DNA from: Octopus sinensis
Lineage: Eukaryota
Direction of reading: 5' to 3'
DNA: 18,226 nucleotides
Assembly: GCF_006345805.1 (NCBI RefSeq)
Contig: NW_021824535.1
Coordinates: forward strand, 1 to 18,226
Below, piece after piece: positions 9,121 to 18,226 of the stretch. The notes under the pieces were generated by a model, which worked only from the letters and a program-made list of their open reading frames with translations, made no database searches and was not told the DNA's origin. Each line of letters begins with the position of its first letter. Position 1 is the first letter of the stretch. The translations under genes were made by a program, and so were the position numbers.

Positions 9121-9779
9121 ACTTCTCTTTCTACCCAGTTCTGTCCCTTACATTTTATGTATCACCACACAATTTCTTTCTGTCCCCTTTACTTTCTCTC
9201 TTTCTTTCTCCCCAAATCTATATAACTCAACAAGCTATTAAATAGCGCATAAGCACTTACATCTCTTAAACATGAATTGAATTTGCTACGATTGGATCAG
9301 CTGTGCCAGAAACGTACTGGGGAGAAAACAACATCAACAACAACAAGACTAGTGTGACGAAAACCAAATATCCGCGTCAACAGGTGATATTTCAATGTAA
9401 ACAGACAGTAATAGAGTCTAATATGCGTCTACGTCGCTCTTACACTCTGTTATAAGAAATCTGGTGCGCTAATGGTTATTTAGCTGACATTAGCAGGTCA
9501 TTAGCGATCGAATTATTCCGGACGACCGTAATAACTATAGCCATATTGTTGTTAATAAATCAGAAGTGGTTGGCGTAATTGCTCATTTACACCAGAACGT
9601 GATTGTATACATATTTATAAAGAAGGCAACAGCTGATTGCGATAACAATGTATTTTCGCCCCTCGACTGAACACATTATATATAGCTATGCATATGATTG
9701 TTTGATTGTATATATGCATAACTACGTCTATGAACATATTTGTGTTTTGTGTGTACGTATTTCTGCTTGTCAGTCTATA

Positions 9780-9905
9780 TATACAGACACGCACACACAC
9801 ACACACACACACACGGGTCGATAGAGTTTGAAATAGAGAGAGTGAGTTAAATATGTATATACATATATGCGCCTCTGTGTGTGTTTACACACACACACAT
9901 ACATA

Positions 9906-9970
<65 letters not shown>

Positions 9971-10008
9971 TATATATACATATATATATATACATATATA
10001 TATATAAC
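9780..10008. repeat. Compound (CA)n/(AT)n microsatellite
   Basis: Read directly from the sequence. Confidence 0.9.
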
Positions 10009-10587
10009 TTAATACAATGAACTCTGGACTTTGTATATGTACACTTTCATGTGGATGTGTGTATATAAGTATATTCTAATATATTGATTTGACTACTTGT
10101 AACCTTCTATGTATGTATATTATTATGTATATACTTATATATATGTAGGTGCATGTGTATATACACTTAGATGAATGTGTATATAATGTATATGTACTTA
10201 TTCTTGTATATGTGTACTTTCTCCTATATTCATATTTGAATTGTACTTTATAATCTCTGAAGAGGCCTTGGGATATGTACGTAAGTATCTCATTTATAAC
10301 CACATATTACCTTAACACACTTGGCTAATATGAGCATAATGAGATACTCCCATCTACATGGCTGAAACAGCTGTAAGATCTGGTTTATATTTATATTTAT
10401 ATTTATATTTATTTATATTTATTTATACGTATTGTACTTATGGTATCATATTACTCATTGATGCGTACTGTTTTGTTCTGTATTAAATCGTTTGATTTTG
10501 ATGTTCCTATGTAGTTGGTTAATAAATTATGTGAATGGGTATTATCTGGTAGTTGAAGATTGATTAAAGTGTATTCCTCCATTTTCT

Positions 10588-10627
<40 letters not shown>

Positions 10628-10645
10628 ATATATCTATATATATAT

Positions 10646-10904
10646 ATCACGTGACCGACTAGGCCATCAGATGTTGCTAGACATCGCTGGTCACAATGCG
10701 CTTCGTATTGTTTTAGCCTTCAATGACGCCACCCCGATGGCTAAGTGAGCAAGCCAAGAGAAGAAAGAGTGAGAGAAAATTGTGATGAAAGAGTACAGCA
10801 AGGATGACCACCACCCTCTGCCGGAGCCTCGGGGGGCTTTCGGTGTTTTCGCTCAGTAAACACTCACAACGCCCGGTCTGGGAATCGAAATCGCGAGCTT
10901 ACGA
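10646..10904 (-). mobile_element. tRNA-derived SINE (family 2), A-box end missing
   Basis: Minus strand starts TCGTAAGCTCGCGATTTCGATTCCCAGACCGGG (anticodon arm plus B-box-like TTCGATTCC), continues through a unique body and ends GGTCACGTGAT running into an (AT)n tail. Confidence 0.7.
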
Positions 10905-10979
10905 TGATGAAATGTATGGAAGCGAGGTGTTATATAAAGTCGTTGACTCGCATTTGATGTTTGTTAACTAATCAATGCT

Positions 10980-11001
10980 TCATATATATGGATACATTCA
11001 T

Positions 11002-11069
<68 letters not shown>

Positions 11070-11180
11070 GTATATGTATGTATATATATATATGTATATA
11101 TATATGTATGTATATATATATATATACACACATATATACATAGATTTATAGGTAGGTAGGTAGTTAGGTAGGTAGGTGCA
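10980..11180. repeat. Compound (CA)n/(AT)n/(TAGG)n microsatellite
   Basis: Read directly from the sequence; accounts for ORFs 10961..11143, 10964..11314 and 10998..11255. Confidence 0.9.
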
Positions 11181-11237
11181 TACACACACGCAGACACATG
11201 ACTTATTTGCGCATAACACATAACACATGTGTGGGTG

Positions 11238-11314
11238 ATGGGGACGTAAGCACACAAGCAGTGGTTGTCAAGCGATGTTGCGTGACGCACACACACAAGC
11301 ATACACACACACAC

Positions 11315-11352
<38 letters not shown>

Positions 11353-11487
11353 GACTGGCTTTTAGTTTCCGTCTAACAAATCCACTCCCAAGCCCGAAGC
11401 TATACTAGAACACACTCGCCCTAGGTGCCACTCTGTAGGACTGAAACCGGAATTATGTGGTTGGTAAGCAAGCTACTTACAACACAG
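11238..11487 (-). mobile_element. CORE-type tRNA-derived SINE (family 3) with internal microsatellite, degenerate
   Basis: Minus strand shows head CTGTGTTGTAAGTAGCTTGC, B-box-like CCGGTTTCAGTCC (11450-11438) and CORE-like GGCACCTAGGGCGAGTGTGTTCT. An AT/GT tract and the tail block CAACATCGCTTGACAACC...TACGTCCCC follow. It resembles the octopus CORE-SINE as I recall it. Confidence 0.65.
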
Positions 11488-11573
11488 ACATTTACACACA
11501 CACACTCTCTCTCTCTCTCACTCACACACACACATACACACACGTCGTTCAGAGATTCATTATTGCTTTTATA

Positions 11574-12079
11574 TCTATATATATAAAACTGTAGTTGTGT
11601 GAGTGTCTGTCCCCTTCGATTTAGATTCCTAACTACTCCCACATTTTGCGATGCAGTTTAACCAAATTCGGGTATCTTATAGTCGTGATTCATATCGAGC
11701 CTGTCTGAGTATTAGCGCGCGTCTACGATGAGTCTACGATTTTAAAAATAATTTAACATCATTTTTTATTCCATTTTAATGCATAATTTTTCGTGTGTCG
11801 ATGGCGGCGGAGTTGGCGTCCACGGTCACACCTGCACCTGTTTGCTTCTCCCCCTTCTTCCCTCCCTCGTGAAGCTGTGGGGAAGGGAGTGTAAGGAAAT
11901 CAACGTCGTAATGCGTTGTCAAGGAGACCAGCGTTCTTTTAGAACAACGACTTCATGGCTTGAAGACACCAAAACAGAAATGGCTAAGAAAGCCCGAATT
12001 GGCATCTATAAGGGAAGTAACTCTCTAAAAATGCTTATATAGTTATTTCCCTTACAAACCCGGGCAACGCCGGGCGATA
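11574..12079 (+). mobile_element. Non-autonomous Helitron (copy 2) with internal foreign insert; terminal CTAG lost
   Basis: Starts A|TCTATATATATAAAA and is colinear with the reverse complement of 3259-3656. Hairpin CCCGGGCAACGCCGGG lies at 12059-12074, then CGATA runs into (AT)n instead of CTGCTAG. The insert spans ~11794-12006. Confidence 0.85.
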
Positions 12080-12955
12080 TATATATATATATATATGTAT
12101 GCATATCTATAAATATATACAAATATATATATAAATATATATGCGTATACATATACGGTATGTAATTATGTATACATTTATATGAAAGGTTTAAAAATAT
12201 GAATGGAAATTGATTACTTCTAGAAGAACCCTGGAGTGAAAATGAAATATTATCGCCCCCGCCGTTTTTGCATATCATATCAAATGCTATATTTGAATAC
12301 AGTTTTCCGGAACAACGAAGAGGGAATCAATATCATAACTATGCTGTTTAATATCAGGAAACCTAAAGCCAAGAGAAAACAAGAAACGGTGCAAGACGAA
12401 AATTACCTTACGTCCGAGATTACCGAATTAGGAGAATCTAACAGCACCTCTCAATGAATTTTACATAGCAACAATCAAGTATGGCTTGTCGTTGAAAACT
12501 AGAAGGCTGACGTATATTATAGAATGCTCTCGCTATGATAAACGTCGTTATCCACGACATTGTTCAGCAATTGACTGAACATTATAAAATTACTCTATAA
12601 ACAGTCTGACAAGCCAGAAAAATAAACAGAGAATATACTATGAGAAGTCCAATCCATTTCAGTTATTCTACGTAAGTGCATCGTTCTCAGTAATAAGGAT
12701 GTTTTTTATATTATCAGACTGGCTGTATGTATAAGTGTAGTGATGTATTTGGAATTTGGGGTTTGTAGAGGAGTCATAGAGTCAATTTCGAGATTTCTTT
12801 CATAGATGACTATGGAGCATACAAAGGAGCAGATCAAAGTACAAATGACAAATTAGTAGTTACAATTGTGCAAAAATCTACCAGAATTTAAAAAAAAATA
12901 AGCTAACGAAATCAGTGCTTGCTTGCGTGTGACAACTTTTTCGCATCTTCAAAAA

Positions 12956-13176
12956 CCTATTTCTTTACTACCCACAAGGGGCTAAACACAGAGAGGACAA
13001 ACAAAGACAGACAAACGGATTAAGTCGATTATATCGACCCCAGTGCGTAACTGGTACTTAATTTATCGACCCCGAAAGGATGAAAGGCAAAGTCGACCTC
13101 GGCGGAATTTGAACTCAGAACGTAATACAGCTACGCATTTCGCCCGGCGTGCTAACGTTTCTGCCAGGTCGCCGCC
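12956..13176 (-). mobile_element. tRNA-derived SINE (family 1), full length
   Basis: Reverse complement of 8725-8955 with high similarity; head GGCGGCGACCTGGCAGAAACG and B box GAGTTCAAATTCC. Confidence 0.88.
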
Positions 13177-13637
13177 TTCAACAACCGAATACCTAGTCCG
13201 CGCATCACGTTCAAATGCAAACGGAATCCAATTCCAGGGTGATCAAGGAAAGGCGTACAGAGATATGTTCAGGTATATACTAATTGGTACAAGACTCTCA
13301 AGATCCAATGTAAAAACTGATTTACTGTCATGTTGCATTACGCCCAACTACAGACAGTTGTTTAAAAACGATGCAAGCACTCTAACCTCAAGAAACAAAC
13401 CAATGGACTCTGATCAGCGTTACCCAACAACAATTAAGACCAACGACTACTATATATACATATGTACATTTAACGTGCAACAGCATGCGAAGCGCGAAAA
13501 GGTTTTCAGGAAGAAGTAACCTAATTTTTTGAAGAACAATTTTCTGTATCTTACCAAATTGGATACCACATTTATATTAAAAGTCTAAATATTATTAAAT
13601 TTGCATCGATTATATTTGTGCATTTAATAATCTAATG

Positions 13638-13770
13638 TAGACGCGTACGGTCTAGTGTTGGGCTTACAATGATAAGACCTCGTTACGATTCCTGGTTCGG
13701 ACAAAGTAATATATTCTTGACCAATGTTTCCCAGTGCTCTAGGTTACTTAGATAAAATGAATACCTGCCG
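13638..13770 (+). mobile_element. Old degenerate tRNA-derived SINE
   Basis: GGTCTAGTG (A-box-like) and GTTACGATTCCTGG (B-box-like), followed by TTCTTGACCAA...TGCTCTAG...AAATGAATACC, which resembles a conserved SINE central domain. Confidence 0.45.
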
Positions 13771-14069
13771 AGATCTGGCACTGATCTCTATTCTTAAAAC
13801 TCTAACATCATACATATTTTATTGGATTAAAAGGGAAAGGATTGAGAGTGAGTCTGTGCCTGCTCGTAATTACAGTGCTAACTTTAACAACTGACTAAAG
13901 TAGGGTGCATGCTATAACATCATTTAACTGGTGAGTGACGGAGCACAGATTTGAATGTAAAGAGAGGAGGCTTTTTACTGCAGCACAGAATCAAATACTC
14001 CTCACCAAATACTATCAGGATACACATTCAGTATCAGTAGAATACTTGCATATAGGGAAAAAAAAACAT

Positions 14070-14450
14070 TCACTTTGTCTCTGGTAGCAAAGTCTGAACA
14101 AAGGCAGAATAGATTCAGATTGTTTGGACTAAAATAGACTGGAACATATGCCAACTCGAAGAAATATCGACAGCAAAGAGAATTTATAGCCGTGCACTAA
14201 AAAGATATCCTGGAATGTCAAATAAAATATTCTCTGGAGAATATAATATTACACACAGACAGGAAGATCAAGGTTATTTGACCGGAAATTGTTGTGAAGG
14301 ATCAACGAAAATAGAAGTAGCTTCTAATCGATATATTTTCCCGGACAGAGGATAAGGTGTCTCGAAAAGACATGAAGACGTTATGCAAATATAAATCTCG
14401 GGAAATTGGGATGATCCGAATGTGTGACCAGAAGAAAAAGAATGCATCTT
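14070..14450 (+). mobile_element. Degenerate RTE-like LINE 3' fragment (RT thumb / C-terminus)
   Basis: Translation across frameshifts reads FVSGSKV*TK...KIDW...IYSRALK/ISWN...NKIFSGE...LTGNCC...EVAS...P.RG...KT...M.D. This follows the order of 'LYG.E.WT...DG.Y.R.LR...ISW...N..LYG...LAGHC...E.AS...P..G..GR..KT...M.DR' in RTE-clade RT C-termini. Confidence 0.55.
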
Positions 14451-14949
14451 ATAAAATAGGTGTTGTGGGAGTAATGAAAAAGTATTCAACCAAATTCGTA
14501 AACGATACCCCAAGATAACGTGGGGTATCTTCTTTTATCTCGATATTCCCATATAACCTAGGATAGGTAATCGGCTTTCTACTATTTCTAAACTAAAAGA
14601 TAAAAATGAAATGAAATTCTCTTCATATAAAGAAACAAATATAAACAATAACGAATACACGAAAGAAACTTCAATAAGGACGAAAACGAGAATTTTGTTA
14701 CGATGTGAATCAAAATATTAGAGGTGTTGTAAAGGAAAACAGGAGACAAAATCAGCACGGTGACACCATTGCAGGAAGAAATTGACAAAAAGGACGTAAC
14801 CCCATGCAAAATCAAGTCAATAATATACTATAAGTCACGTGATAGCTTCAACAGAAATACCAACCACACAAGACATTATACTCGCAATCACTACCCAACA
14901 CGTACAACACTACACGTACATCATCATCATCGTCGTCATCGATGATAAT

Positions 14950-15167
14950 AATTACCATTTCGACTTAAGGCACAAAGCCTGAAATTTGGGGGAAGGGGGA
15001 TAGTCGATTACATTGACCCCAGTACTCAATTGGTACTTAATTTATCGACCCCGAAAGAATGAAACGTAAAGGCGACCTCGACGGAATTTGAGCTCAGGAC
15101 ATAGCGACGGGCAAAATACGGGTATGCATTTTGCCCGGCGTGCTAAATATTCTGCCAGCTCGCCGCA
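14950..15167 (-). mobile_element. tRNA-derived SINE (family 1, alternative tail), near full length
   Basis: Minus strand has head GCGGCGAGCTGGCAGAAT, B-box-like GAGCTCAAATTCC, the same core as 8725-8955, and tail AGGCTTTGTGCCTTAAGTCGAAA followed by ATT repeats. Confidence 0.85.
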
Positions 15168-15173
15168 TTCTTC

Positions 15174-15203
15174 ATAATAATAATAATGATGATGAAAATA
15201 ATG

Positions 15204-15236
<33 letters not shown>

Positions 15237-15263
15237 TAATAATAATAATAATAATGATGATGA
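15174..15263. repeat. (AAT)n/(GAT)n microsatellite
   Basis: Read directly from the sequence. Confidence 0.95.
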
Positions 15264-15782
15264 TAAAAGTACAGTCATCAAATCGAAAGAGTACTGGAGT
15301 CGGAGAAATGTAAGATTTTGCGGGACTATCCTTTTCAAACGGATGAGAAGTTAGAAAATAATAGACCTGGCATAACAATTATTGAGAAGGAAAAGGTGCT
15401 TAGTTATGGACCTATCATGCATATTTGATTCCAGGAACGTAAGAAAGAGGAATAAAAACAAAATCAAAAGCATACAGCCCCTTAAAATTTGAAATAAGAA
15501 GTTGAAGCATGAAGACAGTAAAGCTCGTGCCTATAACAATTGGTGCATTGGGAACAGAAAACTCAGATACAGACAAATGACTGAAGGAGATTGAAATAGA
15601 ATGCCCGGTAAAGATCTTTATTGTCTCATATGGACAATAAGGATTATCTGACGGGATCTAAGCACTTGAAAGTCTGCTGAAAACTTGTGGATACCTAAGG
15701 TTACATTTTGTCACCCGCTAACCATATAAATTCTACTACGAATGAGGCCGAACATGAGGCAAACCAAAATTTTAATAATAAT
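15264..15782 (+). mobile_element. 5'-truncated R4/Dong-clade non-LTR retrotransposon (restriction-like endonuclease domain plus 3' UTR), pseudogenised
   Basis: Translation gives KYSHQIERVLESEKCKILRDYPFQTDEKLENNRPGITIIEKEK / MDLSCIFD / KAYSPLKFEIRS*SMKTVKLVPITIGALGT / GTIRII*RDLST*. This matches the RLE signature 'H....V.E....KI.WD...QTD.....NRPDI...D..CP.D...KY..L...W...VP..IGALG'. The ORF is followed by ~100 bp of UTR ending in (AAT)3. Confidence 0.85.
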
Positions 15783-15949
15783 CATAAATTAAATAGAACA
15801 ATAAAATAAAATGAGGAAATGTTTCACATTCTATGTTGTTGGGTATCCATGTCTACAACATAACTCACGCGGTAGAGGTAGAACCTGAAAGTTCAACCAT
15901 CATAAAAAAGTTCAATTCGACACACAGACTCACAGATACAGGGCATACA

Positions 15950-15956
15950 CACTCAA

Positions 15957-15996
<40 letters not shown>

Positions 15997-16094
15997 GTGT
16001 GTCTGTGTATGTATATATACACTCACACACACTTAGACATATATATATATATATAATATATAATAATAATAATATAATAATAATAATATAATAA

Positions 16095-16128
<34 letters not shown>
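15950..16128. repeat. Compound (CA)n/(AT)n/(AAT)n microsatellite
   Basis: Read directly from the sequence. Confidence 0.9.
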
Positions 16129-16929
16129 AGTTATAAATTTTATTGGGATACAGCAGTATTATTTTCCAGCTGAATAAAACACTGTAAAGGTAGAAATACA
16201 AATATAAAATAGTAGAATAGTGGTACAAGAAGTCACCAATGTTTGCTCGAAATAGCAGTCGATAACAGTACGACGCTATGTAAAGCTTCACTGAATATAT
16301 ACTGGCAAAGAAGTGTGCGGGCAACGAATATAAAAACATTTCGTCTTACCTCCAGTATGACAACCGGATAGATGAACAACCTAGAGTGGATTATTTAGTA
16401 CGCCTGTTATCGTAAATTCGGTTAGTACTCATCAGCTAGATTCACCGAACACAAAATTTTTAAATATTTGTTACATCAATGCCGGGTATATTCGGTTGAA
16501 CGCCTAGCCATAAATAGAACCGAAGTCAGTGAAAGAGTTTTATATAAAAATTATAAATTATTTATATTATTGGTATACAATAGTATTATTTTCTAACTAA
16601 ATAAAGCACTGTAAAAGCAGAAAATATATATATAATATATGTGTGTGTGTAAGCATGCGCATATATAACACACATTAGACTCCGCATATGAATCAGGGAG
16701 AGCAGACCACCACAATAACAGAAATCTCATTAAATATATTTTACAGAACAGACAAAATATTAAAAATAACACCAGCAACGTGAAAAACTATTTCCATTAC
16801 AAAGCAAATCTGAAGCGGTATACAAAAGCATTCCAGCATCACCCAAAACAATTCTACATACACCACTAGGAAAACTCATAATTGTCCCGGGTGGAGCAAT
16901 AGAAACACGCATAAAACTGTCGGAAACAT

Positions 16930-16951
16930 AGTAATAGTAATAATAATAATG

Positions 16952-17020
<69 letters not shown>

Positions 17021-17038
17021 TAATATCAACAACAACAA
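16930..17038. repeat. (AAT)n microsatellite with (CAA)n end
   Basis: Read directly from the sequence; accounts for the poly-Y and poly-L ORFs 16760..17092 and 16866..17108. Confidence 0.95.
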
Positions 17039-17344
17039 GTGCAATAATAGAAAATAAATAAACGTAAAGCGATGACAGATTGTAAATCGCATGGTGTAAT
17101 GGCGACAAATATATTCAGGAGAATATTGAGATTGATGCTAACCTAACTCGACAAGTCACCGAAGAGCAGCTGGGTGATTTATCACTGCAATACAAAATAA
17201 AATTTGTGTACTAACAAACGCATACACACATGGAGACATAATCAGAAAACCCCCGCCTCTGTAAATAGAATCAAGCTAACATATATATATTAATATAGAT
17301 ATGTATATAAACATATATATGCATGGATGTTTTTTAAGAGGTTT

Positions 17345-17569
17345 TTTGTGTGTGTGTGTGTGTGTGTGTCTGTATTAATATGTGCATATGTAGTATCAAT
17401 TGCACCAATGTATCTTCATATCTATCTATCAATCACTCTTTATCTGTGTATATATTATACATTTATAAACTTACATATACGTATATATACATATACATAT
17501 ATGTACACATTCGTGTGTGTTTGTGTGAATACATACAAACATATATATATATGTATGTGTGTATGTATG

Positions 17570-17620
<51 letters not shown>

Positions 17621-17650
17621 ATATGCATACATACACGTATGTGTGTGTAG
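17345..17650. repeat. Compound (TG)n/(AT)n low-complexity region
   Basis: Read directly from the sequence; accounts for the four overlapping ORFs at 17327-17717. Confidence 0.9.
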
Positions 17651-17828
17651 GCTCATGTCTTTGGCTATAAGCATCAATAAATTTATTTGCTCCCAGATAT
17701 GAATATATTGGGCACATAAATATATCTACCTAAATAACTATATTGGATAAGCAAAATACAAATAAAACTCACTCCCAATACTCCCACACAAACATAGAAA
17801 TGTTGATAGGAAATGCTTAGATCTCCCT

Positions 17829-17980
17829 CTCTCCCCCCCCCCTCTCTCTCTCTCTCTCTTTATCTGTCTATTTATCTATCTTCCCCACCTACTTATCTTT
17901 CTTTCCTTCTCTCTATCTCTGTGCCTTTCCGAACTGTCTGCCCGCCTATGCATCTGCCCATGTGTCTTTTCATCCGTCCC

Positions 17981-18039
<59 letters not shown>

Positions 18040-18040
18040 C
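17829..18040. repeat. Pyrimidine-rich (C)n/(CT)n/(TCTG)n/(TCTA)n microsatellite
   Basis: Read directly from the sequence; accounts for ORF 17813..18100. Confidence 0.9.
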
Positions 18041-18092
18041 TGCCCTCCTGGGTCGACCTTAAGTGACTTCAACACAACCAAAGCATCTATAG

Positions 18093-18226
18093 GGGTTTAG
18101 TGGAGGGGAGGTACGACGACGAGCTCGGGGCGAACCTGGACGTCGACGAGGAGTACCTGACCCGCCTGTTCGGGACGACTTTCGGGCCAGGGCCCATGGA
18201 CAACTTCCAGAGATCCTGGCCTGGCA
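18093..18226 (+). CDS. Probable internal coding exon (partial, runs off window); weak resemblance to HSPA12-like Hsp70 domain
   Basis: Open frame GLVEGRYDDELGANLDVDEEYLTRLFGTTFGPGPMDNFQRSWPG. 38 of the 42 codons from 18100 end in G/C, against an AT-rich background. Candidate acceptors are CTATAG (18087-18092) or TTTAG (18096-18100). The 'VD..Y...L....FG...M..F....P' pattern loosely recalls HSPA12 'VD..F..LL..IFG..F...F....P'; the product is uncertain. Confidence 0.55.

Noticed and set aside
13043-13519. 158-aa ORF, the longest ORF not built on a microsatellite
   Set aside because: The first ~45 codons are antisense SINE starting at GTG, and the remainder shows no recognisable domain or codon bias.
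14504-14537. Bacterial rho-independent terminator
   Set aside because: The context is eukaryotic repeat DNA with no bacterial gene upstream; kept only as a possible LINE 3' structure.
15738-15764. ATGAGGCC...GGCAAAC in the Dong 3' UTR, superficially hammerhead-like
   Set aside because: It lacks both CUGA and GAAA core boxes.
16405-16436. CUGAUGA motif on the minus strand
   Set aside because: There is no stable stem II, GAAU replaces GAAA, and no stem I/NUH arrangement is present, so it is not a hammerhead.
1-18226. CRISPR array or prokaryotic operon
   Set aside because: There are no regularly spaced repeats with unique spacers and no gene-dense organisation; all periodic repeats are microsatellites.

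Overview
AT-rich, microsatellite-dense animal genomic DNA, almost entirely non-coding and built from transposable-element relics. The repeat families resemble those I recall from Octopus (coleoid cephalopod); that assignment is pattern recognition, not a database hit. The window contains several tRNA-derived SINE copies from 3-4 families, two non-autonomous Helitrons of one family (one carries a ~210-bp foreign insert), a mariner MITE, and a palindromic TTAA-flanked MITE-like hairpin. It also has decayed R4/Dong-clade and RTE-like LINE fragments and a ~200-bp Penelope-like/retrozyme-type element with an intact minimal type I hammerhead ribozyme core on the minus strand. Nearly all ORFs in the supplied track are microsatellite translations or chance ORFs. 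The only convincing host coding signal is a GC-rich, GC3-biased open frame at ~18093-18226, probably an exon that runs off the window end. There are no rRNA, intact tRNA or CRISPR features.
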